From assembly GCA_965277805.1 (NCBI GenBank), contig OZ255842.1, positions 4,576,001 through 4,640,000 on the forward strand: a stretch of 64,000 bases of DNA, written 5' to 3'. This stretch comes from Candidatus Lustribacter sp. (GTDB lineage Bacteria > Vulcanimicrobiota > Vulcanimicrobiia > Vulcanimicrobiales > Vulcanimicrobiaceae). A program made the position numbers and the translations under genes. Of the stretch, positions 1 through 9,738 are shown one piece after another; position 1 is the stretch's first letter; every line of letters starts with the position of its first letter. Below the pieces are notes generated by a model that was not told the origin of the DNA, ran no database searches, and saw only the letters and a program-made list of their open reading frames with translations.

Positions 1-2993
1 GTTTCAGGCGCGTTCGATACGAGTGCAAAGGCGGCGGCCCCCTGGATGACGAGCGCCAGGCCGAGCGTGTTCTCCGTGCGCCGCACAATTTCGAGCGCCT
101 CGGCGAGGGCTTCGGCAACGCCCTCGACCCGTCCGATCGAGAGCGAGAACTGCACGATGTCGGAGAGCGCGTTCACGAGCCCGCGGCGGTCGCTGATATC
201 GCGCCGCACGTCGGCGGCGATGCGCGCGGCCGCGATCGCTTCATCGTAGCGGCCTAAGCGGAAGTACAAGTTGCTCATGCCGTGATGGGAGAGCGCGAGG
301 CCGAAGTCGTTCTCGAGCACGCGGCAGAGGGAGATGCTCTCCTCGTACATGATTTCGGCGTCGAGCGGATCGGAACCGGTGAGAAAGTTCGCGAGACGGC
401 GCAGGAAGCTCGCTTGATAGACGAAGTCGTGCACGTCACGCGCGAGCTCGAGACCTTCGCGTGCGATCACCGCGGCTTCTTCCAGCCGGTCGTTGTGCAA
501 GAGCGCGGTCGCGTAGGCATTCAGCGCTTCGAGCCGCCACTTCGTTTCCGGCGCTTCACGCAGCAACTCGTACGCTTCTTGCGCGGCCTCGAGTTCGGCT
601 TCGGTGCCCCCGAACGCGCCGTAGCGTGAGGCGAGTTCCGCGCGGCGCGTCAGCACGCGGCCGCGCAGGTGCGGGCGCTTGCCGGCAGCCAGCGCATCGC
701 GCGCGTAGGTGTTCCAATTCGCCCATTCGCTCCAGCGTCCGAGCGACGACGTCTCGACCAGCGCGGCGCAGATTTCCACGCCGGTCAGCGGATCGTGGCC
801 GTCGCGCAGCGTCCACTCGAGGGCGGCGCGCACGTTGTCGAGGTCCTCGATGAGCGGCGCGATCCAGGCGCGATACGAGCCTTGGCCTTCGGCGAGGCTC
901 GCGGCGTCGACTTGCACGCGATAGTAGGCGGCGTGGCGCGCGCTGACGGCTTGGCGTTCGCCGCCGGCATCGAGTTTTTCGATCGCGTACTCGCGCGTCG
1001 ACTCCAAGAGCCGGTAGCGAGGGGCCTCGAACACCACCAGCGACTTGTCGACCAGCGCCGAGAGCGCGCCGAAGACCGCATCGGGTGAGAGATCGTGATC
1101 GGTGCAGACTTCGAGAATCGCCGGCAGCGTGCAGCCGCCGGTGAAGATGGCGAGCCGCCCGAAGAGCGCGCGCTCCGCGGCTCCGAGCAGGTCGTAGCTC
1201 CAATCGATCGTTGCGCGCAACGTCTGCTGGTGCGGCAACGCGCTGCGATCGTTCGCGCTGAGCAAACGGAAGCGCGAATCGAGCAGCGCGGCGATTTGCG
1301 ACACGTCGAGCACGCGCACGCGTGCGGCGGCGAGCTCGATCGCGAGCGCGATGCCGTCGAGGCGCCGGCAGATCTCCGCGATGAGCGGCGCGTTCGCGTC
1401 GGTAAGCGCGAAGGTGTCGTCGGCAGCGCGCGCGCGTTCGACGAACAGCGCAACGGCGGAGTATGCGGCCGCATCGACCGCGCGCAGCGCCGCGGTCCCG
1501 AGCGGCGTCGCGTGCGGGGGAACGCGATAGGTGGCTTCGCCCGCCACGCCGAGCGGTTCGCGGCTGGTCGAGAGCACGCGAATGCGCGGCGCGTCCCGGA
1601 TGATGGCGGCGATCGTGCGCGCGGCCGTGGCGACGAGATGCTCGCAGTTGTCGATCACCAGCAGCAAGTGGCGCTCGCGCAACGCCGCGAGCAGCGATGA
1701 GAGCGACGAGCGATCGGCGTGTTCTTCGACGCCGAAGAGCGTGGAGAAGGCGGAGACGACGTGCGCCTCATCACCGAGCGGCGCCAGCTCCACGAGCCAC
1801 ACGCCGTCGGGATAGCGCGCCAGCTGCCGGCGCGCGACCTCGAGCGAGAGCCGCGTCTTTCCGACGCCGCCCGCACCGAGCAGCGTGACGACGCGGTACT
1901 CTCCGAGCAGATCTTCGACCCGCGCGACGTCGTCGTCGCGACCGATCAGCGTCGCGCTCGCGACCGGCAAGTTGTTGGGCGTGGGCAGCGGCGAAGCCGG
2001 GCGTTCGTACGTATCGGAATCGGAGGGATCGACGACGACGATGCGGTCGCGCCCGGTGCCCTTGGCGCGGTAGAGCGCGCGGTCGGCGGTTTCGAGCAAT
2101 TCGCGATAGTGTGCGCCGCGCTTGGGAACGATCGAGGCCACGCCCACGCTGACCGTGACGACCCCGCGCGGCGCCGAATCGTGTGCGATGGCCAGCGTTT
2201 CGACCGCCGCGCGCAAGCGTTCCGCCACCTTGGCGGCGCAGCGCGATTCGGCGTCGGGGATCACGACCCCGAACTCCTCGCCGCCGTAGCGCGCGAAGCA
2301 ATCGGTCGCGCGCACGACGCTGGCTTTGCACGCGCGCGCGATCTGACGCAGACACGCGTCGCCCTGCGGGTGGCCGTAGGCATCGTTGTAGTTCTTGAAG
2401 TGATCGATGTCGAGCAGCGCGATCGCGATCGGTTTTTTCGCGCGGATCGCGCGCGTCCACTCACGTTCGAGCGCGGCGTCGAAGGCACGCCGGTTCGGCA
2501 CGCCGGTGAGCCCGTCCATGATCGTGAGCTCTTCGAGATGGCGCGCATGCTCGCGCAGTGCGGCCTTCTGCAGCGCGAGCGAGAGATAGCCGGCAAACGC
2601 GTCGCAGAGCGCGAGCCCGTCTTCGTCATACACGTCGCGGCGCGAGATCATCCAGACGGCACCGCTCACGCGGCCGTCGTCACGCAGCGCCGCGTAGGCG
2701 CGGTTGAGGTCGAGGCGCGGCACGCCGTCGGCCAGCACGGCGCGCGCGATCGCATCGTCGACCACCTCGTGGCAGGCCTTGAAGTTCGAGCGCGTCCGAC
2801 GCCAGCGCACGGTGCAGCCCTGCGAATCGGCCAGGGCCAGCGTCACCTCGCTCGCATCGGCTGCCCGCAGCAACCGCGAGCACACCGCATCGAGGATCGT
2901 CTCGAGCGGGCCGCTCCCGTTGATGAGAGCAGCCGTCTCGCGCAGCACATCGCGGACCGCTTGGCGACGGCCGTCGGGTCGAGGTTGAAACAT
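1..2993 (-). CDS. GAF-like/GGDEF diguanylate cyclase fused to STAND-type (predicted ATPase) and TPR-like domains; 3' end outside window
   Basis: Manual translation from ATG 2993 (absent from ORF track because it runs off the edge): DGLTGVPNRRAFD, CFARYGGEEF, ADRALYRAKGTGRDR, then PNNLP, Walker A GAGGVGKT, LLLVIDNCEHL. Confidence 0.9.
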   Translation of the reverse strand, partial: MFQPRPDGRRQAVRDVLRETAALINGSGPLETILDAVCSRLLRAADASEVTLALADSQGCTVRWRRTRSNFKACHEVVDDAIARAVLADGVPRLDLNRAYAALRDDGRVSGAVWMISRRDVYDEDGLALCDAFAGYLSLALQKAALREHARHLEELTIMDGLTGVPNRRAFDAALEREWTRAIRAKKPIAIALLDIDHFKNYNDAYGHPQGDACLRQIARACKASVVRATDCFARYGGEEFGVVIPDAESRCAAKVAERLRAAVETLAIAHDSAPRGVVTVSVGVASIVPKRGAHYRELLETADRALYRAKGTGRDRIVVVDPSDSDTYERPASPLPTPNNLPVASATLIGRDDDVARVEDLLGEYRVVTLLGAGGVGKTRLSLEVARRQLARYPDGVWLVELAPLGDEAHVVSAFSTLFGVEEHADRSSLSSLLAALRERHLLLVIDNCEHLVATAARTIAAIIRDAPRIRVLSTSREPLGVAGEATYRVPPHATPLGTAALRAVDAAAYSAVALFVERARAADDTFALTDANAPLIAEICRRLDGIALAIELAAARVRVLDVSQIAALLDSRFRLLSANDRSALPHQQTLRATIDWSYDLLGAAERALFGRLAIFTGGCTLPAILEVCTDHDLSPDAVFGALSALVDKSLVVFEAPRYRLLESTREYAIEKLDAGGERQAVSARHAAYYRVQVDAASLAEGQGSYRAWIAPLIEDLDNVRAALEWTLRDGHDPLTGVEICAALVETSSLGRWSEWANWNTYARDALAAGKRPHLRGRVLTRRAELASRYGAFGGTEAELEAAQEAYELLREAPETKWRLEALNAYATALLHNDRLEEAAVIAREGLELARDVHDFVYQASFLRRLANFLTGSDPLDAEIMYEESISLCRVLENDFGLALSHHGMSNLYFRLGRYDEAIAAARIAADVRRDISDRRGLVNALSDIVQFSLSIGRVEGVAEALAEALEIVRRTENTLGLALVIQGAAAFALVSNAPE

Positions 2994-3064
2994 GAACCGG
3001 CCTTATTCGCAAGAGGGCGGCCGGTACCAGTTGGCCGTTCGGCCGAGAACCAAGCCCGAGGGCG

Positions 3065-5182
3065 CTACAAGAGCCGTTCGGGGACGATCGGCAGATCGCG
3101 CACGCGCCGGCCGCTCGCGTGATAGACGGCGTTCGCGACGGCTGCGGCGACGCCGGTGATCCCGATCTCGCCGGCTCCGCGCACCCCGAGGGCGTTGAAC
3201 GTGAGGTCGGGATGGTCGACGAACCCGATCTCGATCGGCGGCACGTCGGCGTTGACCGGCACCCGGTAGTCGGCCAGGTTGTTGGTGACGATCGCTCCGG
3301 TGCGCGGGTCGCGCACGGTGTCCTCGAGCAGCGCCATCCCGAGCCCCATGATGATCCCGCCCATCATTTGCGAGCGGGCGGTTTTCGGATTGAGGATGCG
3401 GCCGCAATCGAAGAAGCCGGTGAAGCGCGCGATGCGCAACCGCGCGAGTTCTTCGTCGTAGCGCACTTCGCAGAACTGCGCGCCGAACGAATGGAATGAA
3501 TGCCGGGTCTCATCGACCTCGCCCGAACCCGAGCCCGTGGCCTCGAGACCGGCCGGCGCAGCGGCGAGGTTGCCGCCGGCCAGCCGCTTCAGCGCCTCGC
3601 ACGCGTCGACGAGCGGCGGCATGACGCTAGCCGTGCTCTGCGAGCCGCCGGCGACGGGCGCCTTCGGATAGGCCGTACTGCCGATCTTCACGGTCACGTC
3701 GGCGAGCGGAATGCCCAGCGTATCGGCCGCGACCTGCGCGATGATCGTGTACATGCCCGTGCCGAGATCGTGCGTGGCGCACTCGATCGTCACCCGGCCG
3801 CCACCCTCGGTGCGCGCGTGCACGTCGGTTGCGCCGGCCATCGCCGGGTACGTCGCGGTCGCCATGCCGTAGCCCACGAACTCGTTGCCGTCGCGCATCG
3901 AGCGCGGCTCCGGCGTGCGTTTCTCCCAGCCGAAACGCCGCGCGCCTTCGCGATAGCACTCGAGCAGATGTTTGCTCGAGAACGGGACGTTGTTGTTCGA
4001 GGGATCTTTCTCCGTATGATTGCGCACGCGCAGCTCGAGCGGATCGGCGTTCACCGCGTAGGCGAGTTCGTCGAGCGCCGACTCGAGCGCGAACAAGCCC
4101 GGACTTTCGCCCGGCGCGCGCATCGGCGCCGGCGTCGCGATGTTGAGGCGCACGGTATGGTGCGTCGTGCGCAGGTTCGGAATTGCGTACAGCATCGGCG
4201 TCGTTTTGCCGGCCGGCTCGTTGAAGTCGCCGGCGAAGCTGCTCGTGTCGATCACGTCGTGCACGAGGCCGGTGATCGCGCCGAACGGCGTGGCCGCGAT
4301 CCTGATGCGCTGCTCGGTTTCCGAGCGATGGCCGTTGGTGCTGAAGAATTGCGCGCGGTCCACCACGAGCTTGACGGACTTGCCGAGCGCCTTCGCCGCC
4401 ATCGCCGCGATCACGGTGTGCGCCCAGACGAAGCCTTTCGAGCCGAAGCCGCCGCCGATGAAGGGCGAGATCACGTGCACGTGCTTGGGGTCGAGGTCGA
4501 AGAAGTGCGCGAGCGTGAACTGCGTGCCGTTGACCCACTGCGTCGAATCGTACACGGTCAGCTCGCCGTTTGCCCACGAAGCAATGGTTGCGGCCGGCTC
4601 CATCGCGTTGTGCGTTTCGGCCGGCGTCGTATAGCAGAGATCGAGCGTGACGGGTGCCGTCTTCAGCGCCGCATCGACGTCACCGCGCTCGACGAAGAGC
4701 GGTGAGCCGAAGAACCTCTCGACCTTTTCCATACGTGCGCGCGTTTCCGCGGTGATTGCGGTGAGCGGCGGCTGCTCGTCGTAGGTGATGTGCAGCAGCG
4801 CGGCGGCAGCGGTAGCGGCTTCGAGCGTCGTCGCGACCACCGCCGCAACGTTCTGCCCCCAGTAGAGAATCTCGTCGCTTTGCAGCGGCGGCAGCTTCGG
4901 CTCCATGAACACGCGCTGGAAGTCGAAGCCGGTCGGCGTGACGCGCGGCGCGTTGCGATGCGTGAAGACCTCGACCACGCCGGCAACGGCTCGCGCGCCG
5001 GCCTCATCGATCGCGCGAATGCGCCCGCGCGCGATCGTGCTTTGCACCAGCACGGCGAAGAGCGGATGTTCGACCGGCGCGTCGGCCGCGTACAGTGCGG
5101 CACCGGTAACTTTGAGCGGCCCGTCGATGCGATCGGTCGGTCGGCCGGTGTTCGCGCGCGCCGGCTCGACAACCGTCGTCAT
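3065..5182 (-). CDS. xanthine dehydrogenase family molybdopterin-binding subunit (YagR/PaoC-like)
   Basis: DRIDGPLKVTGAALYAAD, GGGFGSKG, MRAPGE, GAGEIG; start MTTVVEP overlaps upstream stop. Confidence 0.92.
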   Translation of the reverse strand: MTTVVEPARANTGRPTDRIDGPLKVTGAALYAADAPVEHPLFAVLVQSTIARGRIRAIDEAGARAVAGVVEVFTHRNAPRVTPTGFDFQRVFMEPKLPPLQSDEILYWGQNVAAVVATTLEAATAAAALLHITYDEQPPLTAITAETRARMEKVERFFGSPLFVERGDVDAALKTAPVTLDLCYTTPAETHNAMEPAATIASWANGELTVYDSTQWVNGTQFTLAHFFDLDPKHVHVISPFIGGGFGSKGFVWAHTVIAAMAAKALGKSVKLVVDRAQFFSTNGHRSETEQRIRIAATPFGAITGLVHDVIDTSSFAGDFNEPAGKTTPMLYAIPNLRTTHHTVRLNIATPAPMRAPGESPGLFALESALDELAYAVNADPLELRVRNHTEKDPSNNNVPFSSKHLLECYREGARRFGWEKRTPEPRSMRDGNEFVGYGMATATYPAMAGATDVHARTEGGGRVTIECATHDLGTGMYTIIAQVAADTLGIPLADVTVKIGSTAYPKAPVAGGSQSTASVMPPLVDACEALKRLAGGNLAAAPAGLEATGSGSGEVDETRHSFHSFGAQFCEVRYDEELARLRIARFTGFFDCGRILNPKTARSQMMGGIIMGLGMALLEDTVRDPRTGAIVTNNLADYRVPVNADVPPIEIGFVDHPDLTFNALGVRGAGEIGITGVAAAVANAVYHASGRRVRDLPIVPERLL

Positions 5183-6168
5183 GATGCGCTCTCCGCGAGC
5201 GTGCCGAGCACGCGGACGATGGCGCGTTTCGCCAGCTCGACCTTGAACGCGTTCTGCGCCGTCGTTACGGCGCCGGTCATCGCCGCGGCGGCCGCGCGCT
5301 GCAGTAGTTCCGGCGTGGCCTGAGCGCCGTCGAGCACGCGTTCGGCATCTTGCGATCGCCACGGTACGGTTCCGACGCCGCCGAGGGCCACGCGCGAGCG
5401 AGTGATCGTGCCGTCGTGGCCGATCTCGAGCGCCGCGGCCACCGACACGAGCGCGAATTCATACGACGCGCGGTCGCGCAGCTTGAGGTACTGCGAATGA
5501 CGGTAGAGCGGCGCGGGCGTGAGTTCCACGGCCACGATCACGTCGCCGCGTTCGAGGACGGTCTCGCGCTCCGGCGCCTCTTCGGGCAGCCGGTAGAACT
5601 GATCGAGCGTCAGGCGGACTTCGCCGTCGCCGCAGTTGACGATCACCGTTGCGTCGAGGGCGGCCAGCGCCACGGCCATATCGCTCGCGTGCGTTGCGAT
5701 GCAGTGGGCGCTCGTGCCGAGGACAGCGTGCCCGCGGTTGACGCCCGCTAGCGCATCGCAGCCGCTGCCGGGTGCGCGCTTGTTGCAGCGCGAGACGTTG
5801 TCGCGGAAGTACGTGCAGCGCGTGCGCTGCAAGAGATTGCCGCCGACGGTTGCCATGTTGCGCAGTTGCCCCGATGCGCCCGCCGCCAGCGCTTGCGCCA
5901 GCACCGGAAATTCGCGCGCGATCGTCGGATCGTCGGCGACGTCGGAATTGCGTGCAAGCGCGCCGATGCGGACGTGCTGCGGCGTGACCTCGATTGCGGC
6001 CAGCGGCAGCGCGTTGATGTCGATTACCGAGCCCGGACGTTCGACGCCGGCTTTCATCAGATCGAGCAGCGTCGTGCCGCCGGCGATCATCTGCGCGTGC
6101 GGATCGTCGAGCAGCGCGGCGCGCGCGCCGGCCAGCGAATCGACGCGGTGATAGGTGAACGGCTGCAT
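5179..6168 (-). CDS. xanthine dehydrogenase family FAD-binding subunit (YagS/PaoB-like)
   Basis: MQPFTY, IAGGTTLLDLMK, ASGQLRNMATVGGNLLQRTRC, Cys cluster, RDRASYEFA. Confidence 0.93.
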   Translation of the reverse strand: MQPFTYHRVDSLAGARAALLDDPHAQMIAGGTTLLDLMKAGVERPGSVIDINALPLAAIEVTPQHVRIGALARNSDVADDPTIAREFPVLAQALAAGASGQLRNMATVGGNLLQRTRCTYFRDNVSRCNKRAPGSGCDALAGVNRGHAVLGTSAHCIATHASDMAVALAALDATVIVNCGDGEVRLTLDQFYRLPEEAPERETVLERGDVIVAVELTPAPLYRHSQYLKLRDRASYEFALVSVAAALEIGHDGTITRSRVALGGVGTVPWRSQDAERVLDGAQATPELLQRAAAAAMTGAVTTAQNAFKVELAKRAIVRVLGTLAESAS

Positions 6169-6629
6169 CAGGCGCTGCGCTCCGCGACGGCGCCGATCGC
6201 GTCGACGATGTTCGGATAGGCACCGCAGCGGCAAATGTTGCCGCTCATCCGCTCGCGGATCGTGTCGGGGTCGAGCCTGCGCCCCTCGCCGAGTAAACCG
6301 AGGGCCGACATGATCTGCCCGCTCGTGCAGAAGCCGCACTGAAACGCGTCGTGCTCGACGAACGCCTGCTGCAACGGGTGCAAACCATCCGTGCCGGCCA
6401 CGCCCTCGATCGTGGAAACGTCGTCGTCGCCGTGCATCAGGGCGAGCGTCAAACAGCTGAGCACGCGCCGTCCGTTGACCAGCACCGTGCACGCGCCGCA
6501 CTGCCCGCGGTCGCAGCCCTTCTTCGTGCCGGTCAGCCCGGCGTGTTCGCGCAGCGCGTCGAGGAGCGTCGTCTCGGGCTCGAGGTCGACCTCATGCACG
6601 GAACCATTGATCCGAAGTGAATACCGCAT
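6168..6629 (-). CDS. (2Fe-2S)-binding subunit (YagT/PaoA-like), no Tat leader
   Basis: GTKKGCDRGQCGACTV, QCGFCTSG, GNICRCGAY. Confidence 0.95.
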   Translation of the reverse strand: MRYSLRINGSVHEVDLEPETTLLDALREHAGLTGTKKGCDRGQCGACTVLVNGRRVLSCLTLALMHGDDDVSTIEGVAGTDGLHPLQQAFVEHDAFQCGFCTSGQIMSALGLLGEGRRLDPDTIRERMSGNICRCGAYPNIVDAIGAVAERSA

Positions 6630-6658
6630 GATCTCCCCGCTCTATACCCCGTTGTGGC

Positions 6659-6683
6659 GATCCCTCGCAAAGCTCGGGATGAC
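6659..6683. repeat. short copy of REP-like repeat (GATCCCTCG...GCTCGGGATGAC)
   Basis: Shares GCTCGGGATGAC end with copies at 34181-34222 and 40825-40865; intergenic. Confidence 0.55.
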
Positions 6684-6693
6684 GGGGGCCGTT

Positions 6694-7764
6694 CTAGGAA
6701 GCGGGCGGATTGTCAGCGTTGGGCGCTGCGGGCGGGTTGACGGGGAGGGCGTTCACCGGCTGGTTCGGCGGCGTCCACATTTGCAGGTCGCGCTCGGGGC
6801 TGCTGCTGGCGGGGTTGGACGTCGTTGCCGCGGTCGCGGCCGGTACTGCCGGCGCCCCGCCGAACGGCGTCGCCGTGTAATCGTTCGCCAAGCGCCAGGC
6901 GCTGAAGCGCACGAGTTCGTGATAGGCGATGCGCGAGACGCCCTGGATGAACGAGTAGCCGGCATCGAGCGTCGAGAGGTTGGTCGCCATCACCGCGATC
7001 GCATACGGTTCGCTGTTGAGATAGACCACGCCGACGTCGTTGAGCGTGTCGTGAAGCTCGCCGGTCTTGTGAGCGATCGTCGTCCCCTTGGGCAGCGGCA
7101 CGGGGATCAGGCCGTTGTGGTGTTGTCCCGACATGATCGCGATCATCTCGCGCGACGACCATTCATCGACCAGTTGATAGCGTGCCATCGCGGTCATCAG
7201 CCTGACCATGTCGTTGGCGCTCGAGCGCAACGCGTAGCGGATCGGACCTTCCGAGCGAATGTAATCGTGCAGGCTGGTCTGGGTGAGGCCGAGATTCGCC
7301 ATCTCGTCGTTGATCGCACCGCGGTGGACCAAGCGAATGAGCATGTTGGTCGCGGTGTTGTCGCTGACCGTGATCATCAGCGTGAGCAGCCGTGACACGG
7401 TGTACTTCGAACCGACGCGGGCATCGCAGAGATCGCCCGAGCCCCAATCGCGATCGCTCGCTTGCAGCGTAACCTTGCGGTTGAGATCGAAATCGCCGTG
7501 TTCGAGGCGTTTGAACACCTCGACCATCACCGGAATCTTGATCGTCGAGGCCGCGGGCATCTGCGCGTTCGCGTTCACCGACGTGCTCAAGCCGGTGGTG
7601 AGATCCTCGACCATGATGCCGACGTTGCCGGGCGCGTGCATCGACATCGTGGAGAGTTCGGTCTGCAGCACGCCGAGCGGGCCCGGGGCAACAGCATCTG
7701 CCCGCGCCGCCAAAGCGCTAAAGAGAAGAGCTACGGCAACGAAAACTCGTCGCAGCGAGTGCAT
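6694..7764 (-). CDS. secreted serine hydrolase, class A beta-lactamase-like family
   Basis: Signal peptide; SxxK (AASTIK), SDN, HKTG; Pro/Ala-rich tail. Start uncertain (7764-7791). Confidence 0.85.
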   Translation of the reverse strand: MHSLRRVFVAVALLFSALAARADAVAPGPLGVLQTELSTMSMHAPGNVGIMVEDLTTGLSTSVNANAQMPAASTIKIPVMVEVFKRLEHGDFDLNRKVTLQASDRDWGSGDLCDARVGSKYTVSRLLTLMITVSDNTATNMLIRLVHRGAINDEMANLGLTQTSLHDYIRSEGPIRYALRSSANDMVRLMTAMARYQLVDEWSSREMIAIMSGQHHNGLIPVPLPKGTTIAHKTGELHDTLNDVGVVYLNSEPYAIAVMATNLSTLDAGYSFIQGVSRIAYHELVRFSAWRLANDYTATPFGGAPAVPAATAATTSNPASSSPERDLQMWTPPNQPVNALPVNPPAAPNADNPPAS

Positions 7765-7828
7765 TGCAGTCATTGTCCCTGTTATCGGCACGTCTCGTCA
7801 AGGCCGATACCTTGGCCATTTGGCGGAG

Positions 7829-8719
7829 TTAGCGGCCCCGCACTGCTTCGGCGACGTAAGGTATTCCGTCGGCTGCCGGCGCGCGAACGCGTCCGGCGAG
7901 GCCTGCGAGCGCAACGAGCGCGGCCAGATACGGCAGCGCCTGCATCAGTTCGCTGGGAATACCGGCGCGCTGCAGCGTGTACTGTAAGGCGGAGAAAAAT
8001 CCGAAGAACAGCGCCGCACCGGTTGCACCGAACGGTGTCCACCGCCCGAAGATCACCGCGGCCAGCGCGATGAAGCCGCGTCCGGCCGTCATGCCGTCGG
8101 AGTACAGATCGAGTTCGGCCAGCGAGAGAAACACGCCGCCGAGCGATGCGATCGCGCCCCCCGCGACGACCGACCAGAAGCGCGTGCGCAGCGGATCGAT
8201 GCCGGCAGCCGCGGCCGCGCGCGGGTTTTCACCGCAGGCCCGAACGCGCAGACCCCAGGGCGTGCGGTTGAGGAAGAGCGAGAGCGCCGCCGCCAGCACG
8301 AGCGCGAGGATCGTGAGCACGGTTTCGCCGGCTTGCCCGAACGCCGGCACTTCGTGCGACGCGCCCGGTTGGCCGAAGACCAGCACGAGCCCGAACGCCG
8401 CGGCGCCGAGTGTGACGATGTTGAGACCGGTACCGGCCACGATCTGATCGTAAGCGAGCTTCGTCGCGACGAATGCGAGCAACGCTGCGAGCAGCGCGCC
8501 CGCTAGGATGCCGGCGATCGCGCCGAGCCACGGGCTGCCCGTCGCACCAGAGACGCAGACGGCCGTGAACGCGCCGCCGATCATGATGCCTTCGAGCCCG
8601 ATGTTCACCACGCCCGAGCGTTCGGAGAGGACGCCGCCCAGAGCGGCAAAGATCAGCGGCGTCGCCTTGACGAGCGTCAGCCCGGCGATCGCGATCAGCG
8701 CGATGACGAACCCGTTCAT
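7829..8719 (-). CDS. nucleoside/sugar ABC transporter permease
   Basis: SERSGVVNIGLEG, RACGENP, GRGFIALAAVIFGRW. Confidence 0.92.
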   Translation of the reverse strand: MNGFVIALIAIAGLTLVKATPLIFAALGGVLSERSGVVNIGLEGIMIGGAFTAVCVSGATGSPWLGAIAGILAGALLAALLAFVATKLAYDQIVAGTGLNIVTLGAAAFGLVLVFGQPGASHEVPAFGQAGETVLTILALVLAAALSLFLNRTPWGLRVRACGENPRAAAAAGIDPLRTRFWSVVAGGAIASLGGVFLSLAELDLYSDGMTAGRGFIALAAVIFGRWTPFGATGAALFFGFFSALQYTLQRAGIPSELMQALPYLAALVALAGLAGRVRAPAADGIPYVAEAVRGR

Positions 8720-9738
8720 GTGGTGCGCCGCGACGCAATGTAGCGCCGTCCCGCAAGCGCGATGATCACCAAGCCCTCGATCACGTTGACGATGTCGCGC
8801 GGCACGTTGGCTTCGGCCTGCATCGAGAGCGCGCCGTTCTGCAAGATGCCGAACGCGAATGCAGCCACCACGATCCAGACCGGTTCGAGGTTGCCCACCA
8901 GCGCGACCGCGATCGCGACGAAGCCATAGCCCGGACTGAGCCCGGTGTTGAAGCGGTGCAGCACCCCGGTGACGAGCGTTGCGCCGCCGAGGCCGGCGAT
9001 CGCGCCGGAGTAGGTCATCGCTTGCAGCGCGATGCTGCGCAGATCGATGCCGGCGCGCCGGGCTGCTTCGGGCGCTTGGCCGGCCGCGCGGAGTTCGAAA
9101 CCGAACACCGTACGATTGAAGACGAAGCGCAGCGCGAAAACGAGCAGAAGCGCGACGATGACCGCGATCGTGAGCCGCGTGTCGGGAATGATCGTCGGCA
9201 GCCACGCGGACTTTGCGAGCAGCGGCGTCTCGCCTTCGTTGGCGGTCGCGAAGTGCAGCGGCCCGTTGACCGCGTACGTCGCGAGCAGCGCCGCGACGAC
9301 GTTGAGCATCAGCGTGGCGATGACTTCGTTCGCGCCGAAGCGTGATTTGAGGAAGCCCGCGATGCCGCCCCAGAAGCCGCCCGCGATCGCGCCGGCGAGC
9401 AGCGTCGCGGCGATCGATATCACCGGCGGCCCCGGGACGAAGACGCCGATGACTCCCGCCGCCAGGCCGCCCAGGACGAGCTGTCCCTCGGCGCCGATGT
9501 TGAACAGGCCGGCGCGGAACGCCAGCGCGACGCCGAGCGCCGGGAAGAGCAGCGCGGTGGCGGAGACGAGCGTCTCCGCGAACTCCGACGTGGTGCCGAA
9601 CGCGCCGTCGAAGAGCGCGTAGAAACCGTCGATCGGCGAGACGTGGGCGAGCAGCATCGCGATGCCGCCGGCGCCGAATACGACGATCAGTGCGATGCCC
9701 AAATCGCGCACGATGCGCAATCGCACGAACGCCGCCAT
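8716..9738 (-). CDS. nucleoside/sugar ABC transporter permease
   Basis: RAGLFNIGAEGQ, ANEVIATLMLN, GYGFVAIAVA. Confidence 0.92.
   Translation of the reverse strand: MAAFVRLRIVRDLGIALIVVFGAGGIAMLLAHVSPIDGFYALFDGAFGTTSEFAETLVSATALLFPALGVALAFRAGLFNIGAEGQLVLGGLAAGVIGVFVPGPPVISIAATLLAGAIAGGFWGGIAGFLKSRFGANEVIATLMLNVVAALLATYAVNGPLHFATANEGETPLLAKSAWLPTIIPDTRLTIAVIVALLLVFALRFVFNRTVFGFELRAAGQAPEAARRAGIDLRSIALQAMTYSGAIAGLGGATLVTGVLHRFNTGLSPGYGFVAIAVALVGNLEPVWIVVAAFAFGILQNGALSMQAEANVPRDIVNVIEGLVIIALAGRRYIASRRTT

Noticed and set aside
6694-7764. Bona fide antibiotic-resistance beta-lactamase
   Set aside because: Family motifs only; such serine hydrolases are often PBP-like, so the function cannot be assigned.
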